Assembly: GCA_045600045.1 (NCBI GenBank)
Contig: JAZRXD010000063.1
Span: forward strand, 10,536 to 74,535
Direction: 5' to 3'
Source: Bacteroidales bacterium
Lineage (GTDB): Bacteria > Bacteroidota > Bacteroidia > Bacteroidales > UBA1715
Length of the DNA: 64,000 nt
The notes under the pieces are model-generated. The model saw nothing but the letters and a program-made list of their open reading frames with translations, did no database searches and had not been told where the DNA came from. Of this stretch, positions 14,931 to 25,894 are shown in pieces. A program made the position numbers and the translations under genes. How positions within the stretch are numbered: position 1 is the first letter of the stretch; every line of letters begins with the position of its first letter.

Positions 14931-16799
14931 TTAATTATAGAATAACCAAGAGAGTCCGAATGAAACAGTACCATTTGACTGTGGATAATGAGCAATCGTA
15001 AAATTCTGTTCGTCAAGCAACGCATATAGATTAGTGTATTTCACATATAATCTAATCGGCTTGTATTTAATTGTCGCAAAGACATTTACAAGCGGGAATC
15101 CACCATATTCATACGTACTTTGAGGAATAAATTCACCCAAAACGCCATCGTACGTTGGTGTTTTATACGACGGATAATACAACAACTCGGCCCCAATGCC
15201 AAAGTGAATCAACTTTTTAAGAAACGCACCTTGAAACGCCAATGAATTATATGTTGCCCATGTTGGATATTCTTGCAAACCTGTTTCTATATTTTGGTAA
15301 ATCAAACCATTATTCATTAAAATATGCCAAAAGCGCGTTGTCTTTTGCACTTTTGCAGTAAAAGCATGTCCCGAACCTGGAATTTGTTGCAACAAACAAT
15401 TCTCATCAAAAGCAACAAAATCCTTCATTAAATAATAATGGACATCAGCTTCGAGATTTCCCCACGACGAGTGAACGTTACAATTCAAATCATGAACTTT
15501 TTCCGCATCAAAATCATTGTGCCAAGAATAATGATTTGACTCAAAATCGTAGATTGTACCACCTAAATAACTGCTTGAATAATCCTGATAGGCTGATATA
15601 TCAAGTGAATGTTCTCCAAAATTGAACAGTTTCGCAAGTTTTGTATAAAGCGAAAAGCAACCACGATCCTCGCCACTAAAATAAAATCTATGACGATGTT
15701 CCACACGGGTATTTTTAACAAACGAAAAATCAAACGAACCTTCGTAGAATTGCGAATTCGAAAAATATTCAGGAATAGAATAATTATAATCGTGAAATAC
15801 GGTTGACATATACTCTACGCCGACGGCAAAATTTGCCACTACATTCACGTTATGTATTTTTCGTTGAAATTCAACAAACACGGAATTTTCGAGATATTTA
15901 TCGAATAACGAATCGTTTGTGGCAACAGAATCATACAACACATTTGCATAAAACGATGTGTCGGGATATTTATCGGAATAAAAACGTTTTACCGAACTAT
16001 AATTCAATTTGTAACCAAGTGCATTTTTATATCGCAACAAATCCAACGATGTACTATCCTCTTTGGGCTTTCGACCGATATTCCATTTTTGCACGAATTC
16101 AACATTTTGATAACGCAAAGCAGACTCGGCCTCTGGGAATTTCATACGCAACAATTTCTCGTAATTCAACAAGGAATCTTCGGCAATACCACCATTTTCA
16201 CGACGAATAACATTATTAAAGGCATACTTGAATGTTGTAGAAAAACGAGGTCCATAATACACAATCCACGGAGTAACATGTTGACCTTTTATAGATTGAT
16301 TATCGAATTCACCTAAATTTCTGTAGAAATTCAAATCGAGACCGAGATTACAATATTTATTAACGTTTTGCGTGTGTATGAATTTTGCCGATTGTTCACT
16401 ATTCAAACCTTGGGAATAAAATAAATTTGAATATGGCCGTTGAGCAGTATAATCAAATATATCATCTGCCGACACAAAAGAATTTTCGAATGCACGCAAA
16501 CAAAATGGATCCGACTTCGGAGTGAACAATAATGAAAAAGACGGAGAAGCATATTCCGCAACATTTACCAAATAATCGGCTATGCTTCCATTTGGTTCAT
16601 ATAAATAGAAGAAATCCATAGAAGTATCCATATCGACACGATACCTCTCGGTTTTAGTTAAATTATATTCCCACTTAATAATGTCTCTCTTAACTTCCTT
16701 AGTTGTATCCTGAGGATCGGAAGCTGCAACAGAAAAATCAGTTGCCGACAACCACAATAACAACAAAATTATAATCCGTAAATATCTTTTCTCCATCAT
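14931..16799 (-). CDS. Predicted outer-membrane beta-barrel protein (Bacteroidota putative-porin-like family)
   Basis: Signal peptide MMEKRYLRIIILLLLWLSATDFSVAAS, Tyr/Asn/Phe-rich alternating pattern across 622 aa, C-terminal ...FGLSWLFYN. Starts 2 nt after the sprA stop. Confidence 0.55.
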   Translation of the reverse strand: MMEKRYLRIIILLLLWLSATDFSVAASDPQDTTKEVKRDIIKWEYNLTKTERYRVDMDTSMDFFYLYEPNGSIADYLVNVAEYASPSFSLLFTPKSDPFCLRAFENSFVSADDIFDYTAQRPYSNLFYSQGLNSEQSAKFIHTQNVNKYCNLGLDLNFYRNLGEFDNQSIKGQHVTPWIVYYGPRFSTTFKYAFNNVIRRENGGIAEDSLLNYEKLLRMKFPEAESALRYQNVEFVQKWNIGRKPKEDSTSLDLLRYKNALGYKLNYSSVKRFYSDKYPDTSFYANVLYDSVATNDSLFDKYLENSVFVEFQRKIHNVNVVANFAVGVEYMSTVFHDYNYSIPEYFSNSQFYEGSFDFSFVKNTRVEHRHRFYFSGEDRGCFSLYTKLAKLFNFGEHSLDISAYQDYSSSYLGGTIYDFESNHYSWHNDFDAEKVHDLNCNVHSSWGNLEADVHYYLMKDFVAFDENCLLQQIPGSGHAFTAKVQKTTRFWHILMNNGLIYQNIETGLQEYPTWATYNSLAFQGAFLKKLIHFGIGAELLYYPSYKTPTYDGVLGEFIPQSTYEYGGFPLVNVFATIKYKPIRLYVKYTNLYALLDEQNFTIAHYPQSNGTVSFGLSWLFYN

Positions 16800-16801
16800 A
16801 A

Positions 16802-19800
16802 CTACATTAACGAGAATCTAATATTAATACCTCCGCTTGTTGTTGACGTTCTGTAACCATTCGTTAACGGTTGGTTCATTGTGTATTCCAAATACAAACG
16901 CATTGTTATTCTTTGGCTCAACATATATTCAGCATACGTTTTCAAAGCATAAGATTTCGTTCCCGAAATTTTTCTTGTTATATCTTCGGCAATATTACGA
17001 CGAATTGTTTGATTATCACGAATAGAGAAATCCAAACGTACCGTTAAATCGTTTTCGAAATGATGACTCGACCCCGCCGTAGTAACATTTACTTTGAAAT
17101 CCTCAAATACATATCCGGCACCAATAACATACTCAAAGTTAGACACTTCCGAAATTTCAGTATTCGTAAATGATAATGTTACCGTTCTGTTTCTACGGAT
17201 TTCCAATTTTGCCGTTAAATTACTCTTGAACTTAGAATCAAAACCAATCAACGGATTTAAACGTTCTGAAATACTTACAGTTGAGACATCGTATTCAGGA
17301 GACAAATACAACGAACCATCTATCGGATCAATATAGAAATCATCTTCGTAAACAGAAGCTGACGAGAATGTTTCGTACGAGCCTAAATTGTAATTCGATG
17401 TATAAGCATGATTAATGTTTACCGATTTGAAATATTCCTTGAAGAATGGTAATTTTGAAAGACCATTATACGTTAATTTCCAATTTAGCGAACGAAGAAA
17501 TACTTTAAAGCTTGAGAACATCGGAATAAAATACGTATTGACGTTCACATCCTCAACCGATTGACCAGAATAAGCCGAGAAGAAAGCCGGAATCAAAACG
17601 TCTTGCGACATTTCGTTGTACAAAGTCGGGAATCCCGATTGAATATCTGTTTCGTATTTGTCGCCAATGTTTTCGTGTGCCAATCTGTGAGCTATAGTAA
17701 TTCTATTCTTTTTGAAACGCTCGTATGCTTTGTCTGAATTGAATGCGGAAGCCAAAGTGTTGCACGAAATCGAGAAATTTCCTGTAGTCAAACGGTTTCG
17801 TTCATTTTCTTTGGCATCGCCCCACAAGAATTTTGAATAATTATGAGAATAGCTACGTTCACCCGACAAAGTGATTTTCATATTCTTAACAGGTTCCAAC
17901 GAAGCTTGCAATTTCAATCTGTTGGAATAAGTGTATTTTAATTTCTCGCTAATATAATCGTTGTCAACCAACCAATCGTCTATCGTCAAATGAGATTCCA
18001 AATCATCCGGAACAAGACCGATAATATAGCCCCAGCCCGGAGTTGCCGATGCCGAGAATGGTTTATATAAACCGAACATTTGCGAATCGTATTTGTAACC
18101 AGGAACAAAACTACCTTCCGATTGAGAATAACTAATCGTTGCCGTCTTGAACATCATCAACGTATTCACAACTTGATCGGTTGCATGAGTCAACGGAGTT
18201 TGTTCTACATCTTTTTTACCAACAACTGTGACTTTTACTTTGTCAACATCGTCTTTACAAATAATTTGAACTTTTTTCGGCGACAATACTTTCGTTTCAA
18301 CTGGAATCAATGTTCCATCTTCATCCATCACGGTAACTTTCACATCGATAGTTCCCAATTTGTGGTTCAAGAAAATCATATTGTCGGAATCAACTTTCAC
18401 ATTCGATTTTGTGAATTTCACCGTTTCTTTTTTCTTCTGATTTCCATTCTTCTTGTTGGTTGTTTGCTTCATTCGTTTTTGAACACCAGCAAGATATTTC
18501 GATTTACTATATAATTTGGTAAAATTCAATGTTCCGTCAACTGTGTGAGTTCCCGTATTGGTGATGTTGTTGCCATAATCAAGTTCGTCTTCCTCGTCGG
18601 TTTCCGTTCCCATTTGCCAATTGTACGAACCAGCATACTTATAATTCACTGTAGTCCAATCCAATACCGATATTTTATTGATTGGAACCTGCCAAGTTAA
18701 ATTCCATTTTTGATTAAACTCTAGATTTTCGCCGAATGTTTTTGCACTATTCCAAACCTGACGTTTGTATTCTCTCCAAATATCTTCATCGGTTTTGTCA
18801 ATCACACCCGATGGTTCATCCAAACGGGAATCATTCGACGCATTATATGACAATTTCAAACCTTTTGAAATTGGATAATTTACACTGTATGTTCTGTACC
18901 AATAAAACCATTTACTTGCAGTTTTCGGTAATTCAAAATCATAGGCCGACAAATTTCTACGTTGTTGTTCCTTGTACGTTCTGTCCCATTCGCTCTTGAA
19001 CGAAACGCTTGCTGGCAACAAATAGAAATTAAAATCTTTTATCAACTTTATTTTGTTAGACTTGAATGGCTGATAATTCTTTGGACGCATATTGTATGCG
19101 TAGTTAAATGCAACTTTGTATTGATGTTTGTAATCTTCCTCATAATCAACATCATGCGAACGATAACGATTATAAGCGAACGTACCCGAGAAATTAGAAA
19201 TATTGAATGGATGTTGTTTTTTCGGCGTTCTTGCAATCTTTACATTAGTGAAATTATAACTAAAATTTTGTGAATATTCTTGTGCTATATCCAACAATGA
19301 ATCACGTTCGTGCTGCGAAGTGAAATTAGACAACGAACGCGACAATGTCACATCCGGATTCGTTGGGTCGTATTGAGGTGTTATATATGTTTCCGACAAA
19401 TCAACATAGAATGGCAAAACCAATTTCCACGATTCAGGGAAGAATTTTTGCAAAGCAACACTCGAAGCCACGTCGTATTGATATAAATTTTCGGTGCTGC
19501 GTTCAAATACCTTTTGGTCGACACTACCAAAACCTGGTTTACTGATTTTTCCAGCCAACGACACAGTTGCGAAGTCTGCCAATGTTGTTCTAACAGAACC
19601 GACTGTTGCCCAACCACTTTGATCGTTCATATCGGTCAATCGCAATTCGTTGAACCAAACAATTCCCGATTTTTTCAAACCATCATCTTCTGGATTTGAC
19701 GATTTTTTCTTTCTATTTCGCACTCCCAACATAATCGTCCGCACATTTCCCGTATTCGGATTACCTTTGATACTTACACGATTGTCGCCATGAGAAATTG

Positions 19801-22800
19801 TATATACATGGTACGTTTCCAAATCGGATATGATACCGTCGTTTATCATTTTATTGCGTTCCAATTTTAAATCGGAAAGTATATCCAACGGCAACGAAAT
19901 TTTGTTGTCTTGCGGCCAAACTATTTGTCTATCGCTATTACTATTATTACTATAGCGAGAACCTTCTTCCGACAAATGCGGTGTCAATTTCAACGGAACT
20001 TCGTATTCATAATAGTTATCCACATAATCGGAACCAATACGGATAAATGCACACAAATCACCATCGTCCAACATATTTTCTTCATCTATCAACGCCTCTG
20101 CATGGATAAACAATTCCAACGAACCAAATTGACGCAAATCTTTGTTGACTTGCTTATAAATTGCTTTTGAATTACCATCCTCCAAATCAACAACCTTCAT
20201 CGACAAAGCCGATTCGTTCAATTCTTCAATAGTTGTACTTGTAGGATCAATAACGCGATCAACTCCTGGAGGCAACACGTAATTGACAGGGACACGAGTG
20301 CTATTTTCCTCGATATTTACATTCGAAATGTCAACTTTTGAATCTGAGAACAAATCATATTCTCCAGATTCGAACAAAGGTTCTTCATAAACTCGCCAGT
20401 TACTGTAAACCAACGCAAATTCCGCAATACGCAATATTACAGAATCTTCGAAGTTTCTCAAGAACATACGCATTGTGGTAATATCGCGGAAATCGGAAAT
20501 ATTACCTATTCGTTCCTTTTCTTCTGAATTGATTGGAATTTTAAATTGATACCATTTTGCCTGACATTGATAGTTGTCGTTATTTACAACCTCAATAATT
20601 TCATCTTCAATAAAATTCTTACCAACAACCATATCTTCCGGACGCAAACTAATATGATATTGATAATAAGCCTCGGTTTCCTGCAATGTATTATCTTGAT
20701 TCAAATCTTCGACATCGGGTTTGTAGGTTGACAGACCTTGGTTTGTTCCCGAAGGAGAATTATTATCGGTTCCGTTAAAATATTTATATCGCCAAACAAT
20801 ATCCTTTTCTTCGCCGCGATTGTTCAAATATGATGAAAAATTATCGTGCGATGGATCGGCATAAAACGATTCGTAAACTTCAGGAGTTACAATTTCCTTA
20901 ACTTCTTTCAAATATTGAGCAAAGAAACGTTGTTCCGCCAAATCCGACAATCCATCAAGACCAACATCTTGAATTTCTCTATCTATATCGCTGCTAAAAC
21001 CAGTTTCAACAATTGAATAATTAGGAACTTTTCCCCATTTTGTCTCATCCAAACGACTATTGTCGGTAACCATACCATTTTCAGCCGACTTCCGTCCATC
21101 ACGCAAAACATCTTCGGAAATTCTACCAATATTCAAATAAAAATCACCACCATTATGCAATCCATCCTCGTCGTTAATAAACGGATCCATCATCCAAAAT
21201 TCGATATATTCAACATTGGTTTCTTCAAAATCGGTTGTTGTCAATGATTGCATAATACCACCCCAACGAGATTTTGGATCTTTCAAAAGACCTTGTTCGT
21301 TCAAACCAGCGGAAATACCAGCACGGCCTTTGGTTTCGTAGTTGTTTTGACCACGTTCATACGGATAATAAGCAATGTTCAACAACGTCATAGGAACATC
21401 TTCGTATGTTGATAAATCTCGATTCGGGAACAAATTTGATTGATAAACCGTTCTCGAAAATTGTTCTGCTTGAACCGATTTACTTACAGGCGAACTTCTT
21501 TCGTAAAACGACGTGTTGATATTGTACCACGAAATCAATGCCTTATTATAGTTGAATGCCAAATCATTGACCAACGAAGCTTCTGGGAACATGGATTTTT
21601 GTCCTTGCGGTGTACTTGCCACACGCCACGAAGTTGGCTCTCTTAAATAAATTCTTCCTTCGGAACTTTCAAAATCATCAATTGAAACCGCATTGGAAAT
21701 ATATTTTGACTGACCTGGAAGTAATTGGGCAAATTCAGCAGAAGCTTCTATATACGACATTTCCTTCGTGTCTATCAATGGAATTTTATCAACCAATTTT
21801 GTCAAAAACATTGATTCTGTTGAATATTTGGCATCAACACCCCAAATAGTATTACAAATAGGATAATCTTCGAAACCAACTTTTTGAACCGATGGTACTT
21901 CCGACAAGTGAATCAACGTACCACCAAAACTAATATTATCGTTGTAGCGATATTCGGCACGAGTACCCATATAGGTTTTGGTCGTGGTACTGAACAACGG
22001 ATCGTTTTCGTAAGTAATGTTGATTGTCGAACCCGATTCCAAAATACCTTCGTTGATAATCGAAACCGTTCCCGAAGAATAATCTACGGTATAATCCGAA
22101 CCTTCAACCAACGTCAAGCCACCGCACATAACTTTTACCGATTTTACTTGTGTGGTATTCAAAGAAATTTCCGACGATACACTTGACTTATACGAACCTT
22201 TTAGTATGAATTTATTCTTTTCTGCCACTTGTCTTGCAGAACTTTGAGTTGAATCGTACAATTCTTTATACACATATTTTTTCGCCAATTCAGAATCGTT
22301 GATTTTCTTTTCCAACGAACTACCGAAAGGTTCCAAAACAGGGAAATAAATCAAACCTCTCGCCGATTTAATCGTTACACCTTCAACAAAGTCAAACAAA
22401 CCATCGGAATAGGGTTGCAAATCAGTTGACAAATTATCCAAATTCATCACCGAAATCAAACTTTGTCCTTTTAACTCGCCTTCCGACAAATATGGTATTG
22501 GAGTTCCTGTTCTATCATCTTGATACAAAACATCCAACACGAAATCTTCGTTGCTAATTTGATAACTACCAATAGAATACACGTTTTTCATCATCAAATC
22601 CCAATTATTATATGCTGGATTTGACTGTGTACCTTTCAACAATTTAACAATCAATACATCTGGATGTTCAATTCCATCGCTACTGAATTCACCGACTTGA
22701 TAAACTTTTCCATGATATTCGTATTCATAAGCAACAGCCAAAACTTTTGACGAACTCACAGCCGAACGCAAAGAAATATAACCCAATTTGGTGTTTACGT

Positions 22801-24088
22801 CGTATTCTGTTGACTTCAACAAAACAGCCTGCTCAATTTTTTCATAATCTGGACCTTGTTCCAAGGTTCCATTCAACGATGTTGAAACCGTATTGATGCT
22901 ACGAATTCCAGAAAGATTTTTAATCTTTTTATACAACTTGCCATTTTCTGGCAACTCGTATTCTTTACTACCACCAATGCCATTTTTATATTCATCGCCC
23001 AAATCAGTCAATGCCAAAATATTACGGGCGTTTTCCTTTCCACTTGAAGTTTGCGTAACCCAAACTTCAACTTTTCTAATCTCAATACCACTATTGATTT
23101 CTGGAAGATTTTTCAACGACTCTTCGTAATGGTCGCGAAAGAACTGAGACAAGAAGAAGTGTTTATTGTTATCGTATTCGTCGCATTGGATTTCGAAATC
23201 CTCGGTTTGTGCGCCACCTTGAACGGCAATCGACGACATTTCACCTTGTTGACGCGAGAATACACCACTCAAATACAATTTTCCAAATTGTAAATCGGTT
23301 TTAACACCAAACAAACTTTGACTACCCGTAATCAACGAACTAGAAAGCGGAAACGAAACATTACCGACTTCAATGTTTTTGATAATTTCATCTTCATCGC
23401 CTTCGTACTGCAACTTAACTTCCTGTTCAAATTCGAATTGGGATTCCGTATCGTACTTAATCGTCATAGAAACGCGGTCGCCGATTGAACCTGTCACACT
23501 CATCTGAATTTTGTTGTCGAAATCAAACTGCAACTGGCGTTGTTGTTTTTTCGATAAACGAGGATTATGGTTGTTTGTGAATTTCAAACCGAAATTCAAT
23601 TCGGCGGCACCTTGCGGTTTGATATCAATCAAATCGCCCAACATACTGTTTTCGCCCAACAAATTCAACGACGGCTCGTAAGACGAAGCGCTTCCCGTAC
23701 GTGTTTCACTCGCGCGCGTACGCCAATAATTCTGTGAACGTTGTCTGCCCGAAAGCTTATAATAATCAGATGAAGGCAAAGAAAATGAAGGCGTTACGGC
23801 ATTATCGCCCACCATTTTTGCTGCTTCATAATCATCGGTTTCCGGATTATAATCTACCTTGTAACCATAATCTGGAGAATCCTGTAAACGAATACCATTG
23901 GAGCTCTTGTTTGCATCTTCAAAAGTATTACCTGTTTCTTTAGGAAATGGAGAGCGAAGTTTTACGGAATCTTCGGGTTGCTGGATACCATCCGTAGAAA
24001 AATTTTGCACTACGCCCATAGCTGAAGCCAGCATAACGCTGAACACAGCACAAACCAAAATTATATATATTCGTTTTACGAACTTCAA
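16802..24088 (-). CDS. sprA: SprA/Sov, outer-membrane translocon of the type IX secretion system
   Basis: 2428 aa with an N-terminal signal peptide (MKFVKRIYIILVCAVFSVMLASA) and beta-rich composition. The size and its position directly downstream of ruvA match the conserved ruvA-sprA/sov arrangement of Bacteroidota. T9SS cargo proteins are present in the same window. Confidence 0.85.
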   Translation of the reverse strand: MKFVKRIYIILVCAVFSVMLASAMGVVQNFSTDGIQQPEDSVKLRSPFPKETGNTFEDANKSSNGIRLQDSPDYGYKVDYNPETDDYEAAKMVGDNAVTPSFSLPSSDYYKLSGRQRSQNYWRTRASETRTGSASSYEPSLNLLGENSMLGDLIDIKPQGAAELNFGLKFTNNHNPRLSKKQQRQLQFDFDNKIQMSVTGSIGDRVSMTIKYDTESQFEFEQEVKLQYEGDEDEIIKNIEVGNVSFPLSSSLITGSQSLFGVKTDLQFGKLYLSGVFSRQQGEMSSIAVQGGAQTEDFEIQCDEYDNNKHFFLSQFFRDHYEESLKNLPEINSGIEIRKVEVWVTQTSSGKENARNILALTDLGDEYKNGIGGSKEYELPENGKLYKKIKNLSGIRSINTVSTSLNGTLEQGPDYEKIEQAVLLKSTEYDVNTKLGYISLRSAVSSSKVLAVAYEYEYHGKVYQVGEFSSDGIEHPDVLIVKLLKGTQSNPAYNNWDLMMKNVYSIGSYQISNEDFVLDVLYQDDRTGTPIPYLSEGELKGQSLISVMNLDNLSTDLQPYSDGLFDFVEGVTIKSARGLIYFPVLEPFGSSLEKKINDSELAKKYVYKELYDSTQSSARQVAEKNKFILKGSYKSSVSSEISLNTTQVKSVKVMCGGLTLVEGSDYTVDYSSGTVSIINEGILESGSTINITYENDPLFSTTTKTYMGTRAEYRYNDNISFGGTLIHLSEVPSVQKVGFEDYPICNTIWGVDAKYSTESMFLTKLVDKIPLIDTKEMSYIEASAEFAQLLPGQSKYISNAVSIDDFESSEGRIYLREPTSWRVASTPQGQKSMFPEASLVNDLAFNYNKALISWYNINTSFYERSSPVSKSVQAEQFSRTVYQSNLFPNRDLSTYEDVPMTLLNIAYYPYERGQNNYETKGRAGISAGLNEQGLLKDPKSRWGGIMQSLTTTDFEETNVEYIEFWMMDPFINDEDGLHNGGDFYLNIGRISEDVLRDGRKSAENGMVTDNSRLDETKWGKVPNYSIVETGFSSDIDREIQDVGLDGLSDLAEQRFFAQYLKEVKEIVTPEVYESFYADPSHDNFSSYLNNRGEEKDIVWRYKYFNGTDNNSPSGTNQGLSTYKPDVEDLNQDNTLQETEAYYQYHISLRPEDMVVGKNFIEDEIIEVVNNDNYQCQAKWYQFKIPINSEEKERIGNISDFRDITTMRMFLRNFEDSVILRIAEFALVYSNWRVYEEPLFESGEYDLFSDSKVDISNVNIEENSTRVPVNYVLPPGVDRVIDPTSTTIEELNESALSMKVVDLEDGNSKAIYKQVNKDLRQFGSLELFIHAEALIDEENMLDDGDLCAFIRIGSDYVDNYYEYEVPLKLTPHLSEEGSRYSNNSNSDRQIVWPQDNKISLPLDILSDLKLERNKMINDGIISDLETYHVYTISHGDNRVSIKGNPNTGNVRTIMLGVRNRKKKSSNPEDDGLKKSGIVWFNELRLTDMNDQSGWATVGSVRTTLADFATVSLAGKISKPGFGSVDQKVFERSTENLYQYDVASSVALQKFFPESWKLVLPFYVDLSETYITPQYDPTNPDVTLSRSLSNFTSQHERDSLLDIAQEYSQNFSYNFTNVKIARTPKKQHPFNISNFSGTFAYNRYRSHDVDYEEDYKHQYKVAFNYAYNMRPKNYQPFKSNKIKLIKDFNFYLLPASVSFKSEWDRTYKEQQRRNLSAYDFELPKTASKWFYWYRTYSVNYPISKGLKLSYNASNDSRLDEPSGVIDKTDEDIWREYKRQVWNSAKTFGENLEFNQKWNLTWQVPINKISVLDWTTVNYKYAGSYNWQMGTETDEEDELDYGNNITNTGTHTVDGTLNFTKLYSKSKYLAGVQKRMKQTTNKKNGNQKKKETVKFTKSNVKVDSDNMIFLNHKLGTIDVKVTVMDEDGTLIPVETKVLSPKKVQIICKDDVDKVKVTVVGKKDVEQTPLTHATDQVVNTLMMFKTATISYSQSEGSFVPGYKYDSQMFGLYKPFSASATPGWGYIIGLVPDDLESHLTIDDWLVDNDYISEKLKYTYSNRLKLQASLEPVKNMKITLSGERSYSHNYSKFLWGDAKENERNRLTTGNFSISCNTLASAFNSDKAYERFKKNRITIAHRLAHENIGDKYETDIQSGFPTLYNEMSQDVLIPAFFSAYSGQSVEDVNVNTYFIPMFSSFKVFLRSLNWKLTYNGLSKLPFFKEYFKSVNINHAYTSNYNLGSYETFSSASVYEDDFYIDPIDGSLYLSPEYDVSTVSISERLNPLIGFDSKFKSNLTAKLEIRRNRTVTLSFTNTEISEVSNFEYVIGAGYVFEDFKVNVTTAGSSHHFENDLTVRLDFSIRDNQTIRRNIAEDITRKISGTKSYALKTYAEYMLSQRITMRLYLEYTMNQPLTNGYRTSTTSGGINIRFSLM

Positions 24089-24115
24089 CCTAATCTAAAA
24101 CTGTGCGAAACGCCA

Positions 24116-24697
24116 TCACAAACGCTTTAATGCAATTTTCACAATATCTTCAACCGAATGTTGAACAGACTCTTGCATAATCGCGTCAACAACTTTTTCC
24201 GCAGAACTTTTTTGATACCCAAGCATAACCAAAGCAGATAACGATTCTATCTTCAAAGTATTGCTTTGACTTGCAAATATTTTATTTTCATTTTCAGCAA
24301 AACTAACTTTATCCTTCAATTCCAACACCAAACGTTGAGCAGTCTTGCTTCCTATACCTTTTATACTCTGTATTGCCGATGAATTTCCCGACAATATAGC
24401 GTCAGCCAATTCCGCAGGATTCATTTTCGACAAAATAACCCGCGCAGTATTCGCTCCAATTCCAGAAATAGAAATCAACAATCGAAACATAGTTCGTTCG
24501 TTTTCATCGAAAAATCCATATAAATCGTGAGCGTCTTCGCGGATAACTTCGTGCAACAATAACGTGCACATCTGATTTTCCTGCAATTTTTCGCAAGTAT
24601 TTAACGAAATGTTCACATAAAAACCAATTCCAACGGTTGTAACAACGGCGTAGGTTGGTGTTAGTTTTTGAACAGTTCCCGTAATCGACTCGAACAT
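24116..24697 (-). CDS. ruvA: Holliday junction branch-migration complex subunit RuvA
   Basis: 193 aa. OB-fold N-terminus (ITGTVQKLTPTYAVVTTVGIGFYVNIS) and two HhH motifs (ISGIGANTARVILS, IKGIGSKTAQRLVLELK). Confidence 0.92.
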   Translation of the reverse strand: MFESITGTVQKLTPTYAVVTTVGIGFYVNISLNTCEKLQENQMCTLLLHEVIREDAHDLYGFFDENERTMFRLLISISGIGANTARVILSKMNPAELADAILSGNSSAIQSIKGIGSKTAQRLVLELKDKVSFAENENKIFASQSNTLKIESLSALVMLGYQKSSAEKVVDAIMQESVQHSVEDIVKIALKRL

Positions 24698-24704
24698 AAT
24701 CCTA

Positions 24705-25712
24705 TTATTTTAGGCGGTTTTTAGTTAATTCTGCATATTCCTCACGATGTTCCAGCAAATCGCATGCACAGAAAATCGCTTGCAACAATGGTGTTACAAC
24801 CGCACTATTTTTATCAACTAAAGAATACTCTACCGACATTGACGGAGAAACGCAAACTTTTGGTAAGCCCAACGAATATTCTACAGATTCTTCGTAAGAC
24901 AATGTTCTAAACGGAACAACCACCTGATCACGGTACATACCAACAACACCGTCGAATTTTGCATATTCCGCATCGGCAAAGAATTGTTCAGGCAAAATTG
25001 GACCTACGGTAACAAAACCATTCGCCTTTGCTTCTTCAACAGCTTTCGAAATGATATTCTTTTCTTCCTCGCCTTTTTCTGAATTTAGCGACAAGACTGC
25101 TATTTTAGGTCTTTCAACACAAAAATCAGAGCGTAACGAATCATTTAAAGCAACGATTTTCTCCAAAATAGCATCTTTAGTTATTGTTTTTACCATTGCC
25201 GAAATCGTTGATGTTGACGACACATAACAAACCTTCATCAAATTGTTGATTAACAATTCAGAATGTTGTGTTGTTCCAAAAGTTTTTGCCAAGAAATCAG
25301 TATGACTTTTGAAATCGATTCCTGCCAATTTTATATTTTCTCTATTAACCGGCATTGTAATCAATACGTCGATTTTCCCATTTTTCAAATCTTCCGTTGC
25401 TATTTGCAAAGCTTTGATTGCAGCTTTTCCAGCATCAGCAGTTGACATACCAGCATCAACACGAACATCTTCTTCAACGCAATTGATAATGTTCGGACGT
25501 TTAGGAGCAGCCTCGTCAACCGAATTTATTAAATTAAAATTGAAATTTTGTAAATCTAAAGATTTTCTATGATACGCAGCTGCTTTGGGTGAACCATATA
25601 CTATGATTGTTTTTCCGTCATAAATCTTTTGCTCGGCCAAAACTTTCATTATCACTTCGTATCCTATTCCATTTATATCGCCGTGTGTTATACCTATTTT
25701 TACGTGTCTCAT
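24705..25712 (-). CDS. pdxA: 4-hydroxythreonine-4-phosphate dehydrogenase PdxA
   Basis: 335 aa. N-terminal IGITHGDINGIGYEVIMK and the overall PdxA/isocitrate-dehydrogenase-like pattern. Confidence 0.85.
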   Translation of the reverse strand: MRHVKIGITHGDINGIGYEVIMKVLAEQKIYDGKTIIVYGSPKAAAYHRKSLDLQNFNFNLINSVDEAAPKRPNIINCVEEDVRVDAGMSTADAGKAAIKALQIATEDLKNGKIDVLITMPVNRENIKLAGIDFKSHTDFLAKTFGTTQHSELLINNLMKVCYVSSTSTISAMVKTITKDAILEKIVALNDSLRSDFCVERPKIAVLSLNSEKGEEEKNIISKAVEEAKANGFVTVGPILPEQFFADAEYAKFDGVVGMYRDQVVVPFRTLSYEESVEYSLGLPKVCVSPSMSVEYSLVDKNSAVVTPLLQAIFCACDLLEHREEYAELTKNRLK

Positions 25713-25755
25713 ATACTATCAAATTCAACTCTTGTTGATAACTCCATTATAAGAG

Positions 25756-25763
25756 CAAAGATA
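25756..25763 (-). promoter_or_regulatory. Candidate -7 box (TATCTTTG on the minus strand) for the pdxA-ruvA-sprA operon
   Basis: The plus strand reads CAAAGATA, 44 nt upstream of the pdxA ATG (25712). Confidence 0.4.
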
Positions 25764-25832
25764 GTTTTTTTGTGCAAATTATTGTGTTGGAAAACAAGTT
25801 TGTAAAAGGATTTTTTGCCAAAAAACACAAAT

Positions 25833-25860
25833 AAAGCGAACCGTTTCCAATTCGCTTTTT
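25833..25860 (-). terminator. Rho-independent terminator after rimM
   Basis: AAAGCGAA (25833-25840) pairs with TTCGCTTT (25851-25858). On the minus strand it is followed by ATTTGTGTTTTTTGG. Confidence 0.6.
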
Positions 25861-25894
25861 ACATTTTCAACAATCTAGCATTCTTATGTGCGTT

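Noticed and set aside
16837-24098. Many 60-144-aa antisense or out-of-frame track ORFs inside sprA (e.g. 18080-18514, 21884-22186). Similar ORFs lie inside the giant adhesin gene (e.g. 60162-60479, 61290-61676), secA, topA and other long genes.
   Set aside because: They are fully nested in long genes with strong protein signatures. They have no promoter boxes or plausible start contexts, and they show biased low-complexity composition typical of shadow ORFs.
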